Assembly: GCA_963748825.1 (NCBI GenBank)
Contig: CAVVKN010000006.1
Coordinates: 124,149-188,148 of the forward strand
Length of the DNA: 64,000 nt
Origin: Methanotrichaceae archaeon
Lineage (GTDB): Archaea; Halobacteriota; Methanosarcinia; Methanotrichales; Methanotrichaceae
Reading direction: 5' to 3'
The position numbers and the translations under genes are program-made. Positions 19,562-28,409 of the stretch are shown here, in pieces. A model generated the notes under the pieces. That model was not told the DNA's origin, made no database searches, and worked only from the letters and a program-made list of their open reading frames with translations. Position 1 is the stretch's first letter. Each line of letters opens with the position of its first letter.

Positions 19562-20806
19562 TTAGCCTCGCATCAAATTTGCAGCCAGATCGATCACGGT
19601 CCTGGGCCGGATGAGCGATACCATGACTCCGGAATAGGCAGCCTTTTTCAAAAATGAGCCGCTTAAGATGAGCGTTTTCCCGGAAAGGCCCCGCACAAGT
19701 CTGTCTATCTCCTCATCTTTCATCATGGCCAGTGTCTCTAGAGATGCCCTGCCCATGCGATATTGCCAGTAGAACTCCCTTTTCCAGAGCTTTTCGTACG
19801 CGAGAAGACCTTTGCGGGAGAAATCTGTTGCGGCTGCCGCCTGGCCTACCGCCTGGGCAGCCACGCTGCCGCAGATAGTTCCGGCGCGCATGCTGTAGGC
19901 GAGGCCGCTCTGGCCGGCAGCTCCACCTGTGACCATCAGGGAATTGGTCACCATCTCGCCGGGCATAACGCAGATGGGGTCGCCCCCTCGCCGCACGGAA
20001 AGAATCTTTAGATCCTCAATATCCCTGTATTGCCCTGCTTTGTAGGCCTTAAACCGTTTCAAGAAATCCCGGAAAAAGGGCTGCACATTTTGACCGTGGC
20101 CGCGCACGAAAACGCCAAGTGTGGCGCGATCGCCGCCCGCAGGTGAGAAGGTGGCCTTCCAGCCGGGAGCCATGCTGCCAATCCAGTACTGGAAGAACAT
20201 CTCTTCACCTAGGCCCGGATGCTCGATATCGGCTTCCATGGCCCAGGCAATATCCTCGGGATGGCGCATGGGCTGCAGGCCGGCCCCCCGTGCCAGGTGG
20301 GACAAAATTCCTGAGGCGTCCACTACCACCTTTGCCTCGATCTCATCGTCATCCAAGGATACAGTTCTGCGATTGCCTTGCTGCCTGGATTTTTTGGCGA
20401 TGCCTGCAAGCAGAGTCACCCCAGAGCTTTGCGCTAGGCCGAGGTAGCGCTCATCGAACTTCTTTCTGTCAATGAAATAGCCTTTGGCGGGAATGGAGAC
20501 CCCCTGGCCGGAAGGGGAGAGAATGCGCATGCCTTCCAGCTCTTTCTTCAGGTAGCAGTCCTCTACCTTGATCCCTGAGGCGGCGGCCATTCCCTCAAAG
20601 AGGGTATTTGCGGCATGATCCAGGCCGGCCAGATCCCTGTCCAATAATATTACACCAGCTCCGCCTTTTGCGGCAGAGATTGCAGCCATCAGGCCGGCGG
20701 GCGAAGCGCCCACTACCAGAACATCGCACTTCACGGCGGTGATTGGGATGGCAGATGAGATTAACTTTTCCAGAGGGCAAGAGATGGATAATGATGAATG
20801 GGGCAA
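19562..20806 (-). CDS. Geranylgeranyl reductase-family FAD-dependent oxidoreductase
   Basis: DVLVVGASPAGLMAA, IDRKKFD, VVDASG; exact start uncertain. Confidence 0.8.
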   Translation of the reverse strand: MPHSSLSISCPLEKLISSAIPITAVKCDVLVVGASPAGLMAAISAAKGGAGVILLDRDLAGLDHAANTLFEGMAAASGIKVEDCYLKKELEGMRILSPSGQGVSIPAKGYFIDRKKFDERYLGLAQSSGVTLLAGIAKKSRQQGNRRTVSLDDDEIEAKVVVDASGILSHLARGAGLQPMRHPEDIAWAMEADIEHPGLGEEMFFQYWIGSMAPGWKATFSPAGGDRATLGVFVRGHGQNVQPFFRDFLKRFKAYKAGQYRDIEDLKILSVRRGGDPICVMPGEMVTNSLMVTGGAAGQSGLAYSMRAGTICGSVAAQAVGQAAAATDFSRKGLLAYEKLWKREFYWQYRMGRASLETLAMMKDEEIDRLVRGLSGKTLILSGSFLKKAAYSGVMVSLIRPRTVIDLAANLMRG

Positions 20807-20961
20807 GATATATAATATTAATATTTAATAAATCGAATTATTGCAGAAAACTAGCCCCTGCGCGCGTCCTCACGCAGGCCTCTCTACACGAGTGGGGACG
20901 ACATTTCATCAAAGAGACTGCTAGCATCGTGCATAGTTGCTTTGGCTGCAGGCCAGGGGGT

Positions 20962-21013
20962 GAGCAGGTGGACATACGGGCCCGGTTGCGGGAGAGGCAA
21001 AAGGCTGCGCGGG
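20962..21013 (+). repeat. Dispersed element family 2 (GAGCnGnCGGACATCCGG core)
   Basis: Aligns with 27616-27667; shorter cores at 25140-25157 and 46938-46956. Confidence 0.55.
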
Positions 21014-21104
21014 CTAAGGGTGGAGAATGCTCAGCAGCGAAGGGGGTGCTGGAGGCGATTGATGAATATGCTTGATAGTCCTCAGGCGATAAGACGCTGG
21101 CATA

Positions 21105-21262
21105 TCTATCGCTGTAGCTTCCCGGTTTTCTCCTGCAGCAGCCCCTGGGCATCTGCATGCATGCTGTTCAGCTTCTTTGTGATCGGGTGCTGCGGGCCGT
21201 ATTCCTAGCTCCGCCAGCCCCTTGATCCGCCAGATCTCGGAAAGAAGCTTGCCGATCTCTTT
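21105..21262 (-). pseudogene. Frameshifted, 5'-truncated copy of the small ORF at 23659-23829
   Basis: EIGKLLSEIWRIKGLAE then a 1-nt insertion, then EYGPQHPITKKL; about 115 bp closely similar to 23683-23797. Confidence 0.75.
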
Positions 21263-21364
21263 AAAGATCGGAGTCCGATGAAGAAAAATTATAAAATAGC
21301 GTAGAGGAGTCCATTGACTCCTCTACCATTTTTTTGTTTTGGGCAGGTCACGGCGGAGACTGAA

Positions 21365-21646
21365 TCAATTGCCGGTGGATTTGATTATGTTGCCGCACTC
21401 GTCCACCGTGACTCTGGTCACTATGGGAATCTTGGCCCCATCTTCAGCAGTTACCATCTTTCTGTAGGTCAGTACTTTAACTTTCTTGATGCTTTTAGGA
21501 AGGGTCAGCCCTAGCTTTCTCTGTACACCTTCCGGTATATCGTAGACTTCCTCGCTAATGACAGGCTCCTCATCCGCCAGCTCCGGAGAGTCTTCTTTCA
21601 TGTATTCTTTGACCAATTTCTTCAACTCTTCATTTGTAAGGGCCAT
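21365..21646 (-). CDS. Small hypothetical protein coupled to the upstream protease
   Basis: ATG overlaps the upstream stop (TAATG); GGAGG RBS. Confidence 0.7.
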   Translation of the reverse strand: MALTNEELKKLVKEYMKEDSPELADEEPVISEEVYDIPEGVQRKLGLTLPKSIKKVKVLTYRKMVTAEDGAKIPIVTRVTVDECGNIIKSTGN

Positions 21647-23373
21647 TATTCTTCCTCCATCTTCGATGACGGATCTGCAAACATCACAAATTCGATCAAG
21701 GTCTTCTCCTCGGTTCGGTCTAACCTGTTTCTGGCAGCAATGGACTCCCTGGCAAAGTCCTGCTTTGCCTTCAGGAACGCCTCTCCGAAGGTCAAGCCTT
21801 CCTTGATGCGCTCATAGAATTTCAGCACCAGCAGGTCAGCCTCAGTGCTGGGTGGTTCGGAAGGCCCATAGGCTATTTTCGTCGAGCCTATGAAACAGGC
21901 CGCTTTTCGATCCAGGAACTTCAGGGATATAGCATCGTTCACCTCTTTGTCCACGATGTTTGCCCCATAGCAGGCCTCACAGCAGACCACGGCATTCTCC
22001 ACGTCCGCTTCCCTGATGTTTTCCGGGGTGAAGGCCACCGGGTAAGAGTTCCCCTCCTGGCCGTACCAGTTGGCAGAGTCCTCTCCGCCGTGCAGATTGA
22101 AGTAGAAGTAGCCTTTCTTGTTCAGCCATTCTAAAAACACGTCTCCATGTTTTATAGGCGGAGAGCTTTTTAGCTCTTCCACGTTCTTTATAGGGACAAA
22201 CACGGCTTGAGAGGCTTCGTTCCACACGATGGCCGACAGGCCGAAGGAATATTTCTTGGCATTTCTGACCCTGGATGTAGCGGCCTCCAGCACGGAGATG
22301 AAGAATGAGAGCTCATTGCTGGCGGCATCGGGCAATCTGCCCAGAGCCCTTTGAGGTATCAGGTAGTCGCTGTCCCCGGATGCATAGGGATTGTCGGAGT
22401 AGACCATGGTGTCGCCGTCGCCGCCAGCAGGGTTGGGGAGGCTGTGGAATGGGATGATGGAATGGCCGCCCAAGATCAGGAAGTATCGGGGGTTGAGCTT
22501 CTTGTCCAGATTGTCTATTAGCTCCTTTATCTTCGCTGGGCTGTCAGAATTGACCGAGCTTAAGCCATAGGGAAATAGAGAGGAGGCATCATCAACGTAG
22601 ACCAGTTTTGCTGATATCCCCTTTCCATCCAGGGCCTGCATGTATTCCGCCATCTTGGCCTCTATCTGGCTGAATCCGCTCTGTCCGTATTTATTCTTGA
22701 GCTTATCCTTGCTGGTTATTATCAGCTCGCTTGCTTTCAGCTCCACTCCGGAAGATGCCGATAAAGTGAAGTCGCCGCTACCCTTGAAAGAGTGCACCAG
22801 TATGTAATAACGTCCTTTCTTGGCCACGTCTATGACTATATTCTCCTTGGAGCTGCCGCTGTAGCTCCTGTAGTCGTACTTGAAGTTAGTAGGCCGCTCA
22901 TTGTAGCGAACGTAAAGATCGAAATCCGTATCCAACGGTCCGTTCAGGTCCAGTACTATCTTCTGGCCTTCTTCAGATTTTATATAATAGTATAGCGCTT
23001 CTTTGCTGGCAGGCAGGCTTCCTCTGATCTGTTGGCCGTATGTGATCTCTACATCTTCCAGAGGCACTTCGGTGGAAAGGTTGAACTGGCCGGAGCCCTT
23101 GTAGGCATAAACCAGGATATAGTAAGTGCCTGCGTTGGTAGGGCCGATGACGATGGTCTCATCTGCAAGGAGTGTTATTTTCTTGAAGTCCCAATTCGAC
23201 CGAGATACCTGGTCGTTGTACTTCACATAGAGATCGAAGTCCTGATCTGCCGGTCCGCGCAGGTTGATGGTCAGCTTGCGGTTGGCATCGACAGTTACCA
23301 TATAGCCTTTTTCTTCTTTTTTAGAAAGACTATCGGTTATCGACTCTCCGATAGATATCTCTTTAAAATTCAC
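21646..23373 (-). CDS. Two PPC (pre-peptidase C-terminal) domains plus C25 gingipain/caspase-fold cysteine peptidase
   Basis: Repeated DFDLYV(K/R)YN...G.YYILV..Y.GSG.F.L PPC motif; YFLILGG...IPF, SDNPY, LGRLP, NLHG and CEACYG (His/Cys dyad); GTG start after GGAGGTG. Confidence 0.75.
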   Translation of the reverse strand: MNFKEISIGESITDSLSKKEEKGYMVTVDANRKLTINLRGPADQDFDLYVKYNDQVSRSNWDFKKITLLADETIVIGPTNAGTYYILVYAYKGSGQFNLSTEVPLEDVEITYGQQIRGSLPASKEALYYYIKSEEGQKIVLDLNGPLDTDFDLYVRYNERPTNFKYDYRSYSGSSKENIVIDVAKKGRYYILVHSFKGSGDFTLSASSGVELKASELIITSKDKLKNKYGQSGFSQIEAKMAEYMQALDGKGISAKLVYVDDASSLFPYGLSSVNSDSPAKIKELIDNLDKKLNPRYFLILGGHSIIPFHSLPNPAGGDGDTMVYSDNPYASGDSDYLIPQRALGRLPDAASNELSFFISVLEAATSRVRNAKKYSFGLSAIVWNEASQAVFVPIKNVEELKSSPPIKHGDVFLEWLNKKGYFYFNLHGGEDSANWYGQEGNSYPVAFTPENIREADVENAVVCCEACYGANIVDKEVNDAISLKFLDRKAACFIGSTKIAYGPSEPPSTEADLLVLKFYERIKEGLTFGEAFLKAKQDFARESIAARNRLDRTEEKTLIEFVMFADPSSKMEEE

Positions 23374-23658
23374 GAAATACACCTCCCAGAAATACAGCTT
23401 GTATTCGAAGCCGTTACTTCCGAGTATTTGATTTAACATGATTAAAGTATTTATAACTTACCTGAAATTTTTAATAATATAATATATAATTTGCATTAAA
23501 TAGAGGGATGGAGTAGGTCAAGACCACAAAGATGGGCAACCAGTCCTATCATTATTGGATGGCTATCGAAAGCATTGGGAAGATGGATGCTGAAGCTGAC
23601 CAGGCAGAAGGCCAAGGCGATGAAGCGGTGGCATTCGGGATCAGGTCGCAATTTTGTC

Positions 23659-23829
23659 CTATGAGTGCTCTTGCAACAAGGCCTGGGCATCCGCATGCAT
23701 GCCGGCGAGCTTCTTGGTGATCGGGTGCTGCGGCCCGTATTCCTGTTCTGCCAGCCCCTTGATCCGCCAGATCTCGGAAAGAAGTTTGCCGATCTCCTTG
23801 GTTACGTACTTGCGATTTTGCTCCGTCAT
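23659..23829 (-). CDS. Small hypothetical protein (56 aa)
   Basis: Manual translation MTEQNRKYVTKEIGKLLSEIWRIKGLAEQEYGPQHPITKKLAGMHADAQALLQEHS; second degenerate copy at 21.1-21.26 kb. Confidence 0.55.
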   Translation of the reverse strand: MTEQNRKYVTKEIGKLLSEIWRIKGLAEQEYGPQHPITKKLAGMHADAQALLQEHS

Positions 23830-24085
23830 TGGTCTTGCAGCTGCGTCAAGTCCTTCAATGCCATCCCCTAAAATCGCCCTCGCATTTTACCTTTTTCGTT
23901 CTGGTAATATATCCGAGCTGGCAAAGTAGGGAGGGATGAGCTGAGAGCCGGGGCCCGGCACAGGTCTTATGTGCCACTAGAATATGAGCCTATAAGAAGT
24001 TCATATAAGAAAGATGGGCACCACACAATCTTAAATAGTTGGACATAATTATAGGTTTCTGAGAATATACTGGTTGAGGATCCCC

Positions 24086-24526
24086 ATGGGGCTGATATTT
24101 AAGATGGCTGGCTTGATGCTGGCAGCATTTGCATTGATAACAACAACCTTTGCCATTGATTATCTTAGGGGCACAACGCAATGGAGTATCGCGGAAATTA
24201 AAGGGGTAACAGTGGAGTCATTTGAGAGATCAACGGGTGGACCTTTTGTTTCATTTGACTGGGTCAATTCCTGGGTGTTCAAATCCAATGATGCAAATGC
24301 AAACGCAGGAATTGTGTCGGGTGGTCATGGATCTCTAGAAAGTCGCCCTTGGTCAGGCACCTGGGTAGAAGTGGAGTGCAATACTATCTACTGCGAGAAG
24401 ACCGAGGGAGGGGCCGACAGCTGGTACATCACTTTTGTTAATCCAAAATATTTTATTGCATATAAAAAGGAGGATGCATATTATCCCCTATATAGATTAG
24501 GCAAAGCGGTAGACGAGCCTTACTAG
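24086..24526 (+). CDS. Secreted hypothetical protein, paralog 1
   Basis: Signal peptide ending TTFA-IDYL; paralogous to the next gene. Confidence 0.75.
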   Translation: MGLIFKMAGLMLAAFALITTTFAIDYLRGTTQWSIAEIKGVTVESFERSTGGPFVSFDWVNSWVFKSNDANANAGIVSGGHGSLESRPWSGTWVEVECNTIYCEKTEGGADSWYITFVNPKYFIAYKKEDAYYPLYRLGKAVDEPY

Positions 24527-24624
24527 CTTGAATGTCATCGCCTGCCAATCCAATGCAGAGCACAACTGTATTTAAAATGGTTAAACATAAATTATAGTAA
24601 TTCTAGTCTTATCTGAGGGTCACC

Positions 24625-25032
24625 ATGAGGCTGAAATTTTTGCTCGCTAGTTTGATACTGATAGCAAGTGCCTTAACAACAACAGCGCTTGCTATTGATT
24701 ATCTTAAGGAAATATCATATTGGGACGTTGCGGAAATTAATGGGGTGACCGTAGGTGAATTTGGTCCTCTTCCCTGGCGCTTTCAATCCTACGATGCAAA
24801 TGCCAACGCAGGAACTGTTGAAGTTCAAAATGCTTGGGTTGGTACCTGGAAGGAGGTAGGTTGTAAAACTATCCACTGCGAGATTTCGGGAGGATATGAT
24901 AGCTGGGACCTCACTTTTATCAATCCAAGATATTTTTTTGCATATAAAACGCAGGGAGGACATTATCCCCTATATCGATTAGGCAAAATGAGAGGAGAGC
25001 CCTACAACTTGAATACCGTATCGGCATTCTAG
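24625..25032 (+). CDS. Secreted hypothetical protein, paralog 2
   Basis: Shares AIDYL, AEI.GVTV, DANANAG, W.GTW.EV.C.TI.CE, DSW, YPLYRLGK with paralog 1. Confidence 0.75.
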   Translation: MRLKFLLASLILIASALTTTALAIDYLKEISYWDVAEINGVTVGEFGPLPWRFQSYDANANAGTVEVQNAWVGTWKEVGCKTIHCEISGGYDSWDLTFINPRYFFAYKTQGGHYPLYRLGKMRGEPYNLNTVSAF

Positions 25033-25190
25033 GACACTGCTTGAAACGAGAGCGTACCACTTCATACGATATGAGTAACAAAAGCACCTAAAAAAAGATA
25101 GATGGAGCTGTGGGCTTGGCCGGCAGAAGGGCCCGGTGAGAGCAGACGGACATCCGGATAAGTGGAGGACCAGAGCGCCATATGCCTTAT

Positions 25191-25206
25191 GAAAAAATTT
25201 ATAATA
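25191..25206 (+). promoter_or_regulatory. Putative BRE-TATA promoter
   Basis: GAAAAAA followed by TTTATAAT, about 25 nt before the ATG at 25230. Confidence 0.45.
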
Positions 25207-25229
25207 TATGCATGGACTGACAAAGATTT

Positions 25230-26063
25230 ATGAAACAAATGGGATTCATATTAATCCTCATGATCATATTGGGGACGACCTGCATAGCATGTGCATCGGA
25301 GGGGGCTAACTTTGGGCCGCAGACGACAAGCGGAGAGCCTTTGTGGAGGCTGCTCTCTGCCTCTGATGCTGTGAACTCCAATCTTTCCAAAATCGAAACT
25401 GCTCTTGCCGATGCCAGCCTCGTCCTCTCAGAATCAGGCATTGATGGGCCTGCTGCCCGGGCAGTTCTGTCAAACCTCACGATGTTGGATACTGCTGTAA
25501 TCGATTGCATCACGATTGATGCCAACGGCACAGTGCGTGAGGTCGAGCCCATGTCGTTTGAAAGCGTGAAGGGAACAAACTTGAAACGACAGAAGCATGT
25601 GAATGACACAATCAATACCAAGCTGTATTCCGGTTTCCATTTCATAAAGGCAGTCGAAGGATTGTATGCAATCGATTCAGAGATGCCCGTCTTCGACAAG
25701 AATGGAACATTTATGGGAACAGTAAGCTTAATGTTTAATAACAGCCAGTTTTTCGGAAGGATCCTTGCTCCGTTTCAGCCTTCTTCTGGAAACTCCAAGA
25801 TATGGGTGAGCAAGGCAGATGATGGAACGATCCTGTACGAAACGGATCCCACCCAGGTATTGCTCAATAAAAGCTCTTCCATGTATCTGGATTATCCAGA
25901 ACTTTTGAAACTATTTAATAGGTTGGGCATTGAGAGAACAGGTTACGGAACTTATGAGTTCTTAGACCAATCTCACGGGGAGACGATAAAGAAAGGCTGC
26001 TATTGGACCACTATTCCCAATGAGGGCACTGAGATGAGGCTCGTACTCACACTAGAGCTTTGA
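25230..26063 (+). CDS. Secreted Cache-like (PDC) domain protein
   Basis: Signal peptide; TIDANGTV, PVFDKNGTFMGTVS, GTILY Cache-like strands. Confidence 0.7.
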   Translation: MKQMGFILILMIILGTTCIACASEGANFGPQTTSGEPLWRLLSASDAVNSNLSKIETALADASLVLSESGIDGPAARAVLSNLTMLDTAVIDCITIDANGTVREVEPMSFESVKGTNLKRQKHVNDTINTKLYSGFHFIKAVEGLYAIDSEMPVFDKNGTFMGTVSLMFNNSQFFGRILAPFQPSSGNSKIWVSKADDGTILYETDPTQVLLNKSSSMYLDYPELLKLFNRLGIERTGYGTYEFLDQSHGETIKKGCYWTTIPNEGTEMRLVLTLEL

Positions 26064-26177
26064 TAGAACCTGATGGGCCTGGTGGCTCTGGAGCGCAGGC
26101 GGAGAGAAGAGGGCCAGCGGTTCTGGTATAATGCCTACTGGAAGACCGATCCACCAAATTAGGCGGGCGGGATCCTT

Positions 26178-26613
26178 TCATAATTTTTCGTGGTACTCAG
26201 ACGCCAAAAGGGATATTTTGTCGCCTATGGGAATGGTCAAGTCGTTATCCTGCAGCCGGGCTACGCCTTCCTCAATGTAGTTGATCCAGATCTTCAGTTC
26301 CGCCTCGCCTGCCTTGCGGTACTGCGCCTCTATCTCCCGATAGACTGCATCGAAGTCCAGGCCTGCAATGACCAGATTGGAGCAGTCCGGAGCGTCTCCC
26401 GGCCGGTTGGCGATCAGCTTCATGATGAAGATGTCCTCCAGGGAGGCATCCCTGATCACCAGGCTGCCGAAGGACCTGATTCTTGTAGCCCTCTGCCATA
26501 TGGCCTCGGAGAGGTCGAAGTCGTAAGAGATCCGCTCTGCGAAGACGTCCAGATTGCGCCCGCCCTTCACTGCCAGCCGCTTGACAGCTCGTTAATCTCC
26601 TGTTTGATATCAT
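26178..26613 (-). pseudogene. Nucleotidyltransferase (AbiEii/DUF6036-like), N-terminal catalytic part deleted
   Basis: C-terminal half LDVFAERI...ASLEDIFIMKLIANRPGD retained; an out-of-frame ATG at 26613 is joined directly to it. Confidence 0.55.
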
Positions 26614-27475
26614 AGAGATCCGTCCTGTCCTCGATGTCTTCCAGGGTTGGATAGCCTTTGATACTCTCGCCCTGCAGCACTGCTTTCAGATCCTTCATCA
26701 TGGGATGATCGATAGCCTCTAATTTATCCCTGTTCTTCAGATAGAACAGCACGCAAAAAAGCTTCTGGGAGAACTCCCATGCCGAGTCCAGGGAGTGGAT
26801 GAAGACCTCCTGGATGGACAGCTCCCTCCTGGGCAGGGTGTAGTAGTAATCCCTCAGACCCAGCTCGATCCCGTAATCCTCGTAGGCGGAAAAGGAGGTG
26901 AATGTGGCATCCTGCGGCCTCAGGCTCTTGAAGAGCACGCTGGTCTCGTAGCTCTTGATGAGCAGGGCCTCACGGGGCACGAGGCGCAGGACCTGGAATT
27001 CCAGCAGAGCGGTTACGAAATCCTTCAGCTTCGGCCAGATGATGTAGTTGAAAGAATAGAGGTAGGCTTTGCCCTGCATGGAGTGGCTGACGATGCCCAG
27101 GCGCAAGAAGCCCTGCAGATAGTAGTAGACGGTATCGCTGGAGATGCCAGTCACTCCGGCCAAGGTTTCCAGGCTCTTGGGCTGACTGTCCAGCCGGGAG
27201 AGGAACTCCACTCTCCGGCCGGAGAGGATCTCCTGCAGGGGAGAGGCGCGATGTGAGTAGTAGAGGCGCTTGAAGGCCTCCGCTGGGGACGTGGGGGCCA
27301 GCAGTATCTCGCCACCCGCCCGCTCCACCAGGCCAATATCTTGCAGGCTGGTGATGATGCGGGAGATGGAACCTTTTAAGAGGCCCAGCTCCTTCTGGAG
27401 GCCACTGGGATGCACTGGCCCCTGGGAGCGGGTGATGAGGATCAGGGCGTGGACTTCGTTCTCGCTCAGGCGCAT
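26567..27475 (-). CDS. Double wHTH transcriptional regulator (putative type IV TA antitoxin-like)
   Basis: MarR/ArsR-like HTH (LQKELGLLKGSISRIITSLQDIGLV) and a second HTH (LAGVTGISSDTVYYYL); precedes the nucleotidyltransferase remnant. Confidence 0.7.
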   Translation of the reverse strand: MRLSENEVHALILITRSQGPVHPSGLQKELGLLKGSISRIITSLQDIGLVERAGGEILLAPTSPAEAFKRLYYSHRASPLQEILSGRRVEFLSRLDSQPKSLETLAGVTGISSDTVYYYLQGFLRLGIVSHSMQGKAYLYSFNYIIWPKLKDFVTALLEFQVLRLVPREALLIKSYETSVLFKSLRPQDATFTSFSAYEDYGIELGLRDYYYTLPRRELSIQEVFIHSLDSAWEFSQKLFCVLFYLKNRDKLEAIDHPMMKDLKAVLQGESIKGYPTLEDIEDRTDLYDIKQEINELSSGWQ

Positions 27476-27615
27476 TGTCTTAATAGAAAGTGAACTAAAT
27501 TATATAGTATTATCCCTGCTTTAAGACATTAGCCTTCACCAAATACACTACCGTCAAGTGCATCCGGTTGCAGAGCCGGAAAGCCTGGGCGCGGGCGGCC
27601 TGCTGGCGTGGAGTG

Positions 27616-27667
27616 GAGCTGGCGGACATCCGGGTCCGACTGCGGGAGCGGCGACAGTCTGCGCGGG
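27616..27667 (+). repeat. Dispersed element family 2 copy
   Basis: GAGCTGGCGGACATCCGGGTCCGACTGCGGGAGCGGC...CTGCGCGGG, similar to 20962-21013. Confidence 0.55.
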
Positions 27668-27769
27668 GCGAGGACGCAGCGCGGCAGATATCCAGGCGAG
27701 CTGGGGTGGGAGGAGCCGTCATCTACGTTAGGCAAAATTTATAATAGATAGATGGACGGATAAACGTGT

Positions 27770-28189
27770 ATGAAACCGATTTGGTGTTTAGCATTATTGG
27801 TCCTGGTCTTTTTGGCCACGGGGATCAGCGCGGCGGAAGTTCCAGACCTGCTTGGGATTTGGACTGGCTCGTGGAGTGCCTATGATGAAGGAAAAGGTTA
27901 CTCTAATTCGATGGAAAACGGAAGCCTCATTTTTGCTTTCTTAGAGCAGGATGACCGTATCTTCGCTGGAAATGTAACAATCAAGCTGGAGAACGAGAAC
28001 GAGACCGAGATTGGGGAAGGTTTTGCCGGAGCTATTGGTTTAGATAATAAAACTCTCTATATCGCCGAGTTTGATAAGGGCTATGCCCTGGGGACGATCA
28101 TTTCCGACGACGAGATGGAGCTGATATATCTCGCGGATGGAGAAAATGCGTCGGTGGCAATTGATAAGCTTTACCGGATAAAAACATAA
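27770..28189 (+). CDS. Secreted hypothetical protein
   Basis: Signal peptide then EVPDLLGIWTG; TATA-like TTTATAAT at about 27738. Confidence 0.75.
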   Translation: MKPIWCLALLVLVFLATGISAAEVPDLLGIWTGSWSAYDEGKGYSNSMENGSLIFAFLEQDDRIFAGNVTIKLENENETEIGEGFAGAIGLDNKTLYIAEFDKGYALGTIISDDEMELIYLADGENASVAIDKLYRIKT

Positions 28190-28409
28190 ATTGATTTTAT
28201 ATTTTTTTATAATACTATTTTGATGCTATTGCTAACCCGAGCGGGATGGCAAGGTCGGGGAATAGAGCGGAATTTCCATGTCTATAAAAGCCAGCAAAAT
28301 CTGCAATGACACAGCCTTATTTTGGAACATTATCTTACCCCTACGTATCATATTCTAAAATCTATTTAAAAATTTTGCATAATTGCTTTAGGATTTTTTG
28401 CATCTTCCA

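Noticed and set aside
19562-20806. Pseudogene status of the GGR-like gene (GASPAG and TGGAAG motif variants)
   Set aside because: The ORF is full length and uninterrupted; the deviations are compatible with a divergent paralog.
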